Shown here: positions 29,662 to 38,750 of the stretch, piece after piece
How the letters are laid out: each line of letters starts with the position of its first letter
Position numbering within the stretch: the first letter of the stretch is position 1
NCBI GenBank assembly: GCA_041750655.1
Contig: JBGSYZ010000011.1
Span: 65,794-129,793 of the forward strand
Length of the DNA stretch: 64,000 nt
From: Minisyncoccia bacterium
Lineage (GTDB): Bacteria > Patescibacteriota > Minisyncoccia > Phycocordibacterales > UBA918
Direction: 5' to 3'
Notes under the pieces: model-generated
Database searches by the model: none
What the model was told of the DNA's origin: nothing
The model's input: the letters and a program-made list of their open reading frames with translations, nothing else
Position numbers and translations under genes: made by a program

Positions 29662-30586
29662 AATGATTTAACACCGCTTCAATTCCCTTCACGTTCTTAC
29701 TCCACTCTGTATCGGTGTGAGTGGTCAAAAGAACGCTTATGGCCGGAACACCTTCCTTAGCCAACCAATTCACCATGTCACCAGTAATCGCATAGTAATC
29801 AAACTCTTCGTATCCTTTATAGCCTGAAGCTTGGGCATAGAGCTTGGTTAGTTCTTTCGTTTCAGCAGACACGCCGTTCTTACAACTAGAAGAATACACA
29901 CCACCGGCGGCACTATACCAAGTTATGACTGCCGCTGGCTTACGGGACTCAATATAACCACGCATGGCATCGGCTTCTGGTTCTGAAAAAGGTGCGCTTC
30001 CCCCACTCACTGTTTTATTCTGCCAGGTTCCTTTTTCCTGCCATTCACAATCAAAGTTTCGGTTAAGATCAACGCCGTTAGCGTTAAATCTTCCTTCTGT
30101 AGTATTTCCCTTTACATCAGTTGGTGAAAAGTAACCAAGTTTGCCAGTTACTTTCTCAAGCCCATCCGGGTTAAGGACTGGTATGACGCTCACCTTCACT
30201 CCATCCGGAATTGTGTCTGGATTAGCTTCTAGATAATCCATGAGTTCATACGCCACAAGCGCAGTGTTCCAAGAGTAGCCACCATGAATACCACCTACAA
30301 ACAGAACTTCGGTATCACCAGAACCAAAGTGATATGCGGTTAAATCATTACCATCAACTGAACGTCCAAAAACAGTTTTCGTTTCATCAATAACTTCTGG
30401 CAACGGGTCGGCACCGTCACCGATACCCTCATCTGGTTCAACTGGCAAAACGTCACCAGACATTTCCGAACCAGAACCAGGGGTTTTGTTGTCTACTTTG
30501 GTAGTTTCAGAAGACTTTTGTAATACGTAATACACTCCAAATCCAAGCGCTAATAACAAAATAATTGCAATAATGGTATTTTTCAT
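29651..30586 (-). CDS. M14 carboxypeptidase paralog with degenerate catalytic residues
   Basis: GGIHGGYS, DLNRNF, TWYS, SVLL. Confidence 0.85.
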   Translation of the reverse strand: MKNTIIAIILLLALGFGVYYVLQKSSETTKVDNKTPGSGSEMSGDVLPVEPDEGIGDGADPLPEVIDETKTVFGRSVDGNDLTAYHFGSGDTEVLFVGGIHGGYSWNTALVAYELMDYLEANPDTIPDGVKVSVIPVLNPDGLEKVTGKLGYFSPTDVKGNTTEGRFNANGVDLNRNFDCEWQEKGTWQNKTVSGGSAPFSEPEADAMRGYIESRKPAAVITWYSAAGGVYSSSCKNGVSAETKELTKLYAQASGYKGYEEFDYYAITGDMVNWLAKEGVPAISVLLTTHTDTEWSKNVKGIEAVLNHYAE

Positions 30587-30709
30587 ATACCTCTATTGTA
30601 TAGCTATAAACCATAGTTGGCCAATGTTGCTTAATTAAGCGTACGCTGAGCCATACTTGTCTGCGTGTTATACTTCTGTTAGAAAATTGAAAATCTCGGG
30701 AGAGGTAAC

Positions 30710-31306
30710 ATGGAACTTAGTATCACCGTTGCTGCAACCTTAGTGGTTGGGTTAATGTACGCATCAATCTTTGAGTGGGCAGTGCATCGCTATATCATGC
30801 ATCGTCCAATCGGGTTGCTCACGTATGCCTACAAAATGCATACCAAAATACACCATCATGTTTTTCAGGCGGATGAAAGTTATCATCTCAAAAATCCAGA
30901 AGACATATCCAAGATTCATATGCTGTGGTGGTCAGGGGTAGTGGTCATTCTGGGTTCAAGTCCATTTACTTTGATTGGTTTTTTCTTAGTATATCTGGGT
31001 TTTGTGAGTACTGGTTGGTCAATTATAGTTTCGGGTGTGGTGTTGTCTTTGGGTTACTACGCCTCATACGAATATCTACACTGGTGCATGCACTTGCCGA
31101 AAGAACGACGACTGGAAAAATCTCGGTTATTCCGCCGAATAAACGGTCATCACATATTGCACCACAAGTACATGTACAAAAACTATAACGTGGTACTTCC
31201 CTTTGCTGACTGGTTGTTTGGTACCCTTATTCTTCGTGCCAAAAGAAACTTCAATCAAGTTAGAGGTCCGTCCGTACCAGATGTTCAACCACAAAATGTA
31301 CCCTAA
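30710..31306 (+). CDS. Fatty acid hydroxylase / sterol desaturase family protein
   Basis: His boxes HRYIMH, HTKIHH, HWCMH, HHILHH; GAGAGGT SD; terminator 31310-31340. Confidence 0.85.
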   Translation: MELSITVAATLVVGLMYASIFEWAVHRYIMHRPIGLLTYAYKMHTKIHHHVFQADESYHLKNPEDISKIHMLWWSGVVVILGSSPFTLIGFFLVYLGFVSTGWSIIVSGVVLSLGYYASYEYLHWCMHLPKERRLEKSRLFRRINGHHILHHKYMYKNYNVVLPFADWLFGTLILRAKRNFNQVRGPSVPDVQPQNVP

Positions 31307-31393
31307 CCACCCCCTCTTGAGCTAACGCTCAAGAGGGGTAAATATATTTTCATTCTAAAAAAGTGTCTCGGGACGAACATCAACCACACGTAC

Positions 31394-31783
31394 CTACAAC
31401 ACCGCGTGTACCAAAATCATTATGACAACCATAGCCACTACATAACCAGCCTCAACCATAACAGCATAGGTACTTTTTTGTGCAAAGAGACCATTAGTTA
31501 TTATTAAAACTGAGGTGGTCGAGGCAATAAGAATTGCTAACATGAGCGAATCGGTAGTAGCTGTAATACCAATTACCCACGCCAACATAAAAGTACCGAC
31601 AGCTTGGGTAAGCATAGCTGGCAGCATAGAACCTCCGGTGTTAGCAGTCATGTCAATCCTACAACCTTCGGCCCATTTTTTTACAAACATCATGGGCGAG
31701 TACCACAGTGCCCCCAGACCATACGCTAAAACTGCCCCCACGATAACGGCGAGCCAGTTTACGTTCATTAGTAATTCCTCCAT
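31394..31783 (-). CDS. DUF1761 membrane protein
   Basis: NWLAVIVGAV...GALWYSP. Confidence 0.85.
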   Translation of the reverse strand: MEELLMNVNWLAVIVGAVLAYGLGALWYSPMMFVKKWAEGCRIDMTANTGGSMLPAMLTQAVGTFMLAWVIGITATTDSLMLAILIASTTSVLIITNGLFAQKSTYAVMVEAGYVVAMVVIMILVHAVL

Positions 31784-31855
31784 ATTTTAGAGTTAACCCA
31801 ATAATAGTAATTATATCACCATGAAATATAACTATTAATCTTGGAGATTGTTTAT

Positions 31856-32287
31856 CTATCTTTTGTACACCACAAAATGTGGTAGTTTATCCAAACCAAC
31901 ATAGTTAAACATCTTGTAGTTTGCCCGCCGAGCTGTACTTGAAAGTTGACGCTTTTTTAGATGTACTTTGGGAACGAAAGGATAAAAAATTATTTCCTGT
32001 TGATTTTTCCCCTGCTCAATCCATTTAAAATTAGCAATCAGTGGCGGGACCATATAACCTGATTTTGTTACTTTATCCATAATTTCCCAACCAGCACCAA
32101 ATATTTCTTTTTTGGGTTTTGACAGATTTGTTTTTACCTGTGCTCTAAATTCACACCCACTACACTGAACATCAAACAATGGGTAGCTGGGTGGCAAGAG
32201 CATTAACTCTTTAGAACAATTTGGACATCGCACTAAATTAACAACTTCCAATTCTCCGTCGTCACCTGATTTCTTATTTCCAGCCAT
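31856..32287 (-). CDS. DpnI / Dam-replacing-family catalytic domain protein
   Basis: CPNC...PLFDVQCSGC...QVK...GAGW...LSSTARRANY. Confidence 0.7.
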   Translation of the reverse strand: MAGNKKSGDDGELEVVNLVRCPNCSKELMLLPPSYPLFDVQCSGCEFRAQVKTNLSKPKKEIFGAGWEIMDKVTKSGYMVPPLIANFKWIEQGKNQQEIIFYPFVPKVHLKKRQLSSTARRANYKMFNYVGLDKLPHFVVYKR

Positions 32288-32341
32288 GATTCTTGAATTA
32301 GATCATAGCCCAACAACCTAAGCAAGTTGGTTTTAAAATTT

Positions 32342-33268
32342 TTACTCAAACAAAATCGGAATCTCAAGCGCATCGTCGTTTTCGGGAAGACCAGACGGAT
32401 TGTCCTTTTTGAAGATTAGGGTGCCACGTTTATACGGAGTATCTTCCGGTAAATCGTAGTTGATAGTGCCGGTAAAGGGTACGAAGTCTTCAGTCATCCA
32501 GTCACCGTCAGCGGTAGCAAAACCTTCACCAATAATGCGGCCGTCCCAGTCGGTAACAACAAGCGGGAATGACGCTTCAAAGTACCACATACCGCGTGCT
32601 TGACCAGAGACCGTTATAGGGTTGGTGACAGTTGCGCTCGGTTGAGGACTTGTCACGTTAATTACATTAGCTTTATCATTGGCAGGTAAATTTGATTCCC
32701 CTTCAAAATTCTGCACTACTTCGCCAAAGTCATTGCTCTCTGAGTTATAGAGAATGTACATACTTTTACCAACTGACGGTTGCGCACTCATTGGCTCACC
32801 CGGAGCTCGGTCAGCGTAATTCACCACTACCTGAGTACCAGGCCCGGCGTCAGTAGACTGTGGAGCAATCCGGTCGCCCAAGAACATTGCTTGCGTACCG
32901 CGATACCCATCGGCTTCTTTGATAGCTCCCACAACGTAGAAGAAAGTACCACTGCCGCCGCCATCATCGGTTACTAAGAAAACCATGTCCAAATCACCAT
33001 CACCATCGATATCGTGAGCCAACTCGTTACCAAAATAACGAACGGTCAATACTGAAGCTGAACCAGGCGCCACTGGTGTCACTGACACACCATCGACCAG
33101 AGTAACTGGCTCGCCACTAATGGTAAATGTAACGGCTTTAAAATCTTGCGATAAGGTATTTTCGGGAGTGACGTCGGGAGTCTTATCGAAAAACTTATCA
33201 AACAGCAGCAAACTGACACCCACTACAACAATGCCTATATAAATAAAGGATTTGGTGGATAATTTCAT
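32342..33268 (-). CDS. Gmad2 Ig-like domain membrane-anchored protein
   Basis: GQARGMWYFEASFP...DWMTEDFVPF...DNPSGLP. Confidence 0.85.
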   Translation of the reverse strand: MKLSTKSFIYIGIVVVGVSLLLFDKFFDKTPDVTPENTLSQDFKAVTFTISGEPVTLVDGVSVTPVAPGSASVLTVRYFGNELAHDIDGDGDLDMVFLVTDDGGGSGTFFYVVGAIKEADGYRGTQAMFLGDRIAPQSTDAGPGTQVVVNYADRAPGEPMSAQPSVGKSMYILYNSESNDFGEVVQNFEGESNLPANDKANVINVTSPQPSATVTNPITVSGQARGMWYFEASFPLVVTDWDGRIIGEGFATADGDWMTEDFVPFTGTINYDLPEDTPYKRGTLIFKKDNPSGLPENDDALEIPILFE

Positions 33269-33367
33269 AATATAGTGTATCTAGAGTTAATAGCTTGATT
33301 GTAGCAAAAATACGTATGCACCTAAAGCACCCAAAATATTACGGTAAGCTGGTAGAATATAACCACT

Positions 33368-33790
33368 ATGAATTGGGCTATATACGCACTACTTTCAGCT
33401 TTCTTTGCCTCGTTGGTGGCGATTTTTGGGAAGATTGGGATTAAAGGAGTGGATAGTAATTTGGCCGTAGCGTTGCGGACCGTCATTATTGTTTTCTTTG
33501 CGTGGGGGGTGGTATGGATGCAAGGCAACTTCAGTGACATGTTCAAAATCTCTCGCTTCTCGTATATCTTTATTTTCCTCTCTGCTCTCGCTACTGGCCT
33601 GTCTTGGATGTTTTACTACAAAGCTCTCCAGTTAGGTGAAGTTTCTCGTGTCGTTCCAATCGACAAACTCTCAATTGCTTTGACCGTTATTCTCGCCATT
33701 GTCTTTCTGGCCGAAAAACCAAGCCTTGGTAATGTACTTGGTTCCCTCCTAGTCACCGCCGGGGTGATGGTGACTATTTTTGTGAAGTAG
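33368..33790 (+). CDS. EamA family transporter (half-size)
   Basis: AIFGKIGIKGVDSNLA, VVPIDKLS. Confidence 0.9.
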   Translation: MNWAIYALLSAFFASLVAIFGKIGIKGVDSNLAVALRTVIIVFFAWGVVWMQGNFSDMFKISRFSYIFIFLSALATGLSWMFYYKALQLGEVSRVVPIDKLSIALTVILAIVFLAEKPSLGNVLGSLLVTAGVMVTIFVK

Positions 33791-33793
33791 GTG

Positions 33794-34279
33794 TTACTGA
33801 GTGATAGTGGTGGAGGCACTTAGATGTTGACCATCAACTACCCACTCACTGTGGTCGTTTGCATTAAGGGTAACTTCAATTACGTTGTCACCGTCTTTTA
33901 AAAAACTTGAGGGTAGATTGAACCAATCTCCATATAAGCGAGCCGCCTTGATTCCGTTTACATATATATGAGCATGACCTTCACCTTGTATCGGCTCACT
34001 GTTTACTTTTTCTGGTGTAAAAACATAATTTTTTGTGAACACATGCAAATTGTAACCATCTTTTTCATCTTTAAATGACTCAATCTCAACGGTGGGCACC
34101 GGCACAGTTTTGTCCACTTCCAACATACTGTGAGCATGGGTAGCCATCGTAGTACTGTCCATTTTGTCCATACTCATTGGAACATTTTCTTCAGGATTAA
34201 ATAATGGAGAAAAGATTACAAAACCTAATCCTAAACCTACCAAAAAATAAATAGATCCTGATTTAATATTCTTTTTCAT
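33794..34279 (-). CDS. Exported Met/His-rich putative metal-binding protein
   Basis: GEGHAHIYVNG...NANDH. Confidence 0.7.
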   Translation of the reverse strand: MKKNIKSGSIYFLVGLGLGFVIFSPLFNPEENVPMSMDKMDSTTMATHAHSMLEVDKTVPVPTVEIESFKDEKDGYNLHVFTKNYVFTPEKVNSEPIQGEGHAHIYVNGIKAARLYGDWFNLPSSFLKDGDNVIEVTLNANDHSEWVVDGQHLSASTTITQ

Positions 34280-34377
34280 ATAGATTTATTTTACTATATT
34301 ATCTGTTAGTGACTATTTTTGTAAAATAAAAAGGCTGAAATTATAGAAAGTTTATGGTACTCTATTGCCCACAGCAA

Positions 34378-34420
34378 CATTGTTTCGTTGGAATATAGAG
34401 GTTCAAATCCTCAAACAATG
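34378..34420 (+). ncRNA. tRNA-like minihelix (acceptor-like stem plus T arm) upstream of tRNA-Gln
   Basis: CATTGTTT/AAACAATG stem stacked on GAGG-TTCAAAT-CCTC. Confidence 0.4.
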
Positions 34421-34503
34421 GGTGGAGAAAGAAAGGGTGCTCGGGTGCCTTTGGCCGACAAAGGTCAAATTGAACTAGACAGCTTCTCCACTGCTGTCAA
34501 TTT

Positions 34504-34574
34504 TGCCGGATCGTCTAATGGTAGGACACATGGTTTTGGTCCATGGTATCTAGGTTCGAGCCCTAGTCCGGCAG
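34504..34574 (+). tRNA. tRNA-Gln(TTG)
   Basis: TGCCGGA/TCCGGCA acceptor, CATGG-TT-TTG-GT-CCATG anticodon arm, GTTCGAG T loop. Confidence 0.97.
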
Positions 34575-34800
34575 CACAAACAAGGAGCAAAATGAGTAGC
34601 ATTTTGTGACTATGTTTTGCTAGCCTGACTAGGGCTCGAAAAGCTTTTGAGATAGATTTGACTGGAAGGAAAATATATCCAAAAGGTATACTGTCCATGT
34701 AATGGAAGAGCCCTCGAAAAGGTTCGTCAGATATTTCTGAAAGAAATACCGACAACCTGTACTGCTCGTGTAACGAGAGAGGTCCCCAGTACGGCAACAA
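34575..34800 (+). repeat. tRNA-Gln-anchored structured element, copy 1 (two modules)
   Basis: GACTAGGGCTCGAA 34627-34640 is antisense to the tRNA T arm; ends in degenerate tRNA 3' copy CCCCAGTACGGCAACA. Confidence 0.85.
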
Positions 34801-34868
34801 TATTGACTTTTATAAAAAAGTATTTTAAAGTACAGAAAGATTTTTAGATTTTTTCTTCTTGAGAGGAC

Positions 34869-35186
34869 ATGGTCATGACAGACAATAATGAAGTTGTGAA
34901 AGAGAAGCTTTTGCGACTTGCTCAGCAACGTGCCAGAAACTCAGTCATCGCATTCAGGCGCCAGAGTGATTCAGGTATTCACGAAGGGAGGGTTCGTGCC
35001 GACAAAGTCTGGGGTGGACAACAACAAGAACTTGCAGCAACACTGCCCGAGGACGACCCACTTCGCGAGGTGGTTGAGTTTATCGGGAAACTCGATGTGA
35101 TTAGCCCGCCGCAACATCTCGTCTCCAAGATTCCCCAGAAATCAGGAGTAACACTAGGTGATGTGTGGCCTGATTCTGAAGATTGA
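34869..35186 (+). CDS. Orphan cassette protein between element copies 1 and 2
   Basis: TTGACT 34803, GAGAGGA SD, terminator 35202-35240. Confidence 0.7.
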   Translation: MVMTDNNEVVKEKLLRLAQQRARNSVIAFRRQSDSGIHEGRVRADKVWGGQQQELAATLPEDDPLREVVEFIGKLDVISPPQHLVSKIPQKSGVTLGDVWPDSED

Positions 35187-35265
35187 GTGAACTCTGAACT
35201 CAAGAGCCGTTTAGTACCGAAAGGGGAAAACGGCTCTTTCATTTTATATATAAGTTCCAACCTCG

Positions 35266-35439
35266 TCCCAGACGGCCAGCACAAACAAGGAGCAAAATGA
35301 GTAGCATTTTGTGACTATGTTTTGCTAGCCTGACTAGGGCTCGAAAAGCTTTTGTGACAGATTCGACCAGAGAGAGAATATGTCCAAAAGGTATACTGGT
35401 CATGTAATGACCGAGACCCCTAGTCCGGTCCGGCAGCCA
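35266..35439 (+). repeat. tRNA-Gln-anchored structured element, copy 2
   Basis: 35277-35354 identical to 34572-34649 (78 nt); ends CCCTAGTCCGG-TCCGG-CAGCCA. Confidence 0.9.
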
Positions 35440-35539
35440 ATTAATATTAACTTTATTTTTCAACGCTGGTTCGGTTCGAGTACTTAGTTAAAACAGAAAA
35501 CCCACCGACGGCGGGAATTCCGTGGCGGGTATGTGTGCC

Positions 35540-35746
35540 TCAGCCGTGCAGAGTGTATTTACCGACCGAGTTAAAAATCAGCGACACTTCCTGAGGATTG
35601 AAGCCCAGATCAGCGACTTCTTTAAGAGTGAGGATGGTCAGCTGCCCCCAGCCAGTGATTCCTTCTTTTGTAAGACGGGAAACAATATCTTCAGAAAGTC
35701 CCATTTTAGAAACAGACAGGTTGTCGTCTCGTTCACTCCAGGGCAT
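35540..35746 (-). CDS. Small orphan protein resembling RNA polymerase alpha-CTD / HhH fold
   Basis: MGLSEDIVSRLTKEGITGWGQL pattern; AGGAG SD; hairpin 35501-35530. Confidence 0.55.
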   Translation of the reverse strand: MPWSERDDNLSVSKMGLSEDIVSRLTKEGITGWGQLTILTLKEVADLGFNPQEVSLIFNSVGKYTLHG

Positions 35747-35810
35747 GTTAGTCTCCTATTCAAGTTATCTTTCGAAAAACTAACACGATTTTACAAAAGT
35801 TTCAACATCA

Positions 35811-35999
35811 TCCCAGACAGCCAGCTTGAGAAAATACGCACCGCATGGGGCGATTTTCATTCAAGCTGCCGGAAGAAAGTGCTGGGAGCACTTTCGTCTA
35901 GGGCTCGAAAAGCTTTTGAGTTATTTCTGGAAGTATTGAACAGAAATAGCTAAAAGGTATACTGGTCATGTAATGACCGAGACCCCTAGTCCGGCAGCA
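35811..35999 (+). repeat. tRNA-Gln-anchored structured element, copy 3
   Basis: GCTGCCGGA-[hairpin]-CTAGGGCTCGAA antisense; exact tRNA 3' copy CCCTAGTCCGGCAGCA at 35984-35999. Confidence 0.9.
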
Positions 36000-36077
36000 C
36001 TTAACAAAAAAGTAGAGCTTTTCTGTCTTCTATGCATAGTAAGTTGAAAACAAATCTACTCGGTATATACTGCGGGT

Positions 36078-37013
36078 ATGAAAATTCTTATCTATTTTGT
36101 GTTTGTACTAGTGATTATTAGCGGATCTTATGCTGCATATAATTTTTATACTACACCGGCAGCAGTACCTACTCCAACTCCAATAGTAGCCACTTCCACA
36201 CCAACAGTAGTTGGCCAAGCCACCTATCAATGTGACGGTGATAAAATTCTTGAAGCTACTTTTTTTGAAGACGCCGCTAAAGCCGTCGCATCAGTACCAG
36301 GAGAGCCACCAGTACCAATTGGCTCAGTCAATCTATCAATTAATGGCGTCCCGAGTGCGGCCCTTATGCAAACCATTTCTGCCGACGGTGCCCGCTACGC
36401 TACTCCTGATGACTCATTTGTATTTTGGAGCAAAGGCAACGAAGCCTTAGTGCTAGAGGAAGGCGAACAAAAAAATTATACCGGGTGTATTGTTATAGCG
36501 AACGATCCTGGCGGCTTACCTGAAATATATGCTAGTAGCACCCAAGGGTTTTCGCTCCGCTACCCAGCTGATTTTACAGTGGATGATACCTACCAGTACG
36601 ATGACTTGGGACCAGACAAAATTATTCCGGGTATCAAATTTACCATTGCTGAGTCAATGGCGACTAGTACTAATCTAAGCTCTAACAGCTATCTTAGTAT
36701 CGAACATATTGAAAGTCCCGATGCGACCTGCACACCAGAAGTATTCTTAAGTTCTGTACATGGCAGCAGCACTCCAGTTACCAGCACCAATGATGTCACC
36801 TATCTAATGGCTTCCTCTACCGAGGCGGCGGCTGGGAATCGGTATGAAGAGTACGTATTTACCATTGAAGGTTTAGCCCGCTGTCAGGCCATTCGTTATT
36901 TTATTCACTACGGAGTATTTGAAAATTATGAACCTGGAACAGTTACTGAATTTGATACAGCCAGCCTACTATCTGAATTTGATAAAATCCGCGATACGGT
37001 GATTTTTAACTAG
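36078..37013 (+). CDS. MliC-domain exported protein
   Basis: YQCDGDK...QTISADGARYA...FWSKGNEA. Confidence 0.85.
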   Translation: MKILIYFVFVLVIISGSYAAYNFYTTPAAVPTPTPIVATSTPTVVGQATYQCDGDKILEATFFEDAAKAVASVPGEPPVPIGSVNLSINGVPSAALMQTISADGARYATPDDSFVFWSKGNEALVLEEGEQKNYTGCIVIANDPGGLPEIYASSTQGFSLRYPADFTVDDTYQYDDLGPDKIIPGIKFTIAESMATSTNLSSNSYLSIEHIESPDATCTPEVFLSSVHGSSTPVTSTNDVTYLMASSTEAAAGNRYEEYVFTIEGLARCQAIRYFIHYGVFENYEPGTVTEFDTASLLSEFDKIRDTVIFN

Positions 37014-37019
37014 GTTAGA

Positions 37020-37670
37020 TTACACTCTCTCCTCCAAATGTTTGTGCGCATTGAATGAAACCACTTCCCATGGGCAGACGTTTTTCTCAGTCTCGCCAAT
37101 GTAACGAACGTGAGTAACTCCGGAGTTTTCGTAACGAAGAATTTTTAATAGAAGTGGCGCAGCTTTGAGAACATTTATTCCTTTATCCTGGCAAAGATGA
37201 GCGATGAAAAAGTTGGTGAAAATGGAGTGGGAAACAACCACTACCCTATCTCCTGTGTGTAACTTTGCAAAATAATCGCGTGCTCGGAAAATACGCTCCG
37301 AAAACTCTTTCTTGGTTTCAATCTGGTCAGTTATATTTTCAGGTAGCAGATTGAAGTACCAACGCATTAAATAAAACATTGATTGCGGACCATAATGAGA
37401 TTTTCCGTATAAATAATCTGGAACCTTTAGTTCACTCACATCTTCCAACCACGTTGCTTGTAATTCTGTTGCGTATTCAAGAAAATGGGTTGTTTCTCTA
37501 GCGCGAGTGTAGTGGCTAGTATAGAGATGAGTAGGCTCAAACTCTTGAATAGTGCGGACTAGGCGGGCCACCTCAGCAGCACCAGCTATAGAAATAGATT
37601 CGGTTGGTGGTTGGTATATGTGGCGAGCATTAGCTTTGGTCTCACCGTGTCGTACGAGAAGAAGCTCCAT
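37020..37670 (-). CDS. Histidine phosphatase family protein
   Basis: LVRHGET, RARET, VVSH. Confidence 0.9.
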   Translation of the reverse strand: MELLLVRHGETKANARHIYQPPTESISIAGAAEVARLVRTIQEFEPTHLYTSHYTRARETTHFLEYATELQATWLEDVSELKVPDYLYGKSHYGPQSMFYLMRWYFNLLPENITDQIETKKEFSERIFRARDYFAKLHTGDRVVVVSHSIFTNFFIAHLCQDKGINVLKAAPLLLKILRYENSGVTHVRYIGETEKNVCPWEVVSFNAHKHLEERV

Positions 37671-37675
37671 GTATT

Positions 37676-38728
37676 TTATACGTTAGATTTTTCAGACAAT
37701 TCCATAATCGCTATTTCTAACGGTAACTGCGGTAATGTTGCAAATCGCATTTGTTCTGAAGCTTCAAGCAAGCGTACCAAGGTATGAGAATTTAGTGAGC
37801 CAACGGCAGTACTCATTTCTTTTACACTTACTTGGTCTTCTTCAGGGAGCTGAGCGAGTAATGTCTCTGCTAGGGGTGCTTTATTGCGTAGCAACATAAC
37901 TAAGCGAACACGTTCGAGCAGTAGACGCATAAAAAGCCGCATATCGACATTTTCTTCTTGAGCCGAGTGGACACTAGAAAGACCTAAACTAGCGTCATTA
38001 GTATTAAGCGCTACCACTAAATCAGACAGCGTTTTGGTTTTAGGAGCTCCAATAATGGCGGCGACTTCGTCAGCATCAGCCTTAGTGTCGCTTGACGCAG
38101 TAATTACTTTTTGAGTAATCCCGAGAGCATCGCGAAACGAGCCGTCGGCGGCAATAGCAATCAAATCAGCAGCAGCGGCGTTAAGCTTGAACTTCTCTTT
38201 CTTGGCCACATCAATGACCGTATCGCGTAAATCTGCCCGGCTGGGATTATGGAACGTAAAAACCTGACACCGTGAGGTGATGGTCGGGAGTAGTTTGTCT
38301 TGTTCGGTGGTAGCCAGAATAAACAATACGTGTGCTGGCGGTTCTTCTAGAGTTTTCAGAAGCGCATTAAAGGCTTCCTTAGTGAGCATGTGAACTTCAT
38401 CGATGATGTACACCTTGAACGGTGACTCGTACGGTAGTGTGTGTACCGCTTCGCGCAATTCACGAATGTCATCGACACCGCGATTACTAGCCGCGTCTAT
38501 TTCGTAAATATCAATATCACTGGCTCCAACGGCTGATGCAAAAATTCGCGCCGTGGTGGTCTTGCCGGTTCCGCGGCCGCCACAGAAAAGTAGGGCGTGG
38601 GGAATTTGCGCTTTAGCTATCGCCCCCTCAAGTACTTTTACAATATGATCTTGGTTACGGATATCGGCAAATGTATTTGGGCGATACTTTCGGTACAGCG
38701 CCACATTCGGTTCAGTATTTTTACTCAT
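37676..38728 (-). CDS. dnaX: DNA polymerase III gamma/tau
   Basis: LYRKYRP, GRGTGKTT, IDEVHML, SRC. Confidence 0.97.
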   Translation of the reverse strand: MSKNTEPNVALYRKYRPNTFADIRNQDHIVKVLEGAIAKAQIPHALLFCGGRGTGKTTTARIFASAVGASDIDIYEIDAASNRGVDDIRELREAVHTLPYESPFKVYIIDEVHMLTKEAFNALLKTLEEPPAHVLFILATTEQDKLLPTITSRCQVFTFHNPSRADLRDTVIDVAKKEKFKLNAAAADLIAIAADGSFRDALGITQKVITASSDTKADADEVAAIIGAPKTKTLSDLVVALNTNDASLGLSSVHSAQEENVDMRLFMRLLLERVRLVMLLRNKAPLAETLLAQLPEEDQVSVKEMSTAVGSLNSHTLVRLLEASEQMRFATLPQLPLEIAIMELSEKSNV

Positions 38729-38750
38729 GGCAACAGTATACCAAATTGAA

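Noticed and set aside
34388-34928. ORFs overlapping tRNAs and elements (also 51002-51208, 53218-53460, 56491-56836, 57180-57506)
   Set aside because: They translate tRNA or repeat sequence and have no translation signals.
34504-36000. Prophage or classical genomic island at tRNA-Gln
   Set aside because: No integrase or phage genes; only 1.5 kb with multiple short repeats.
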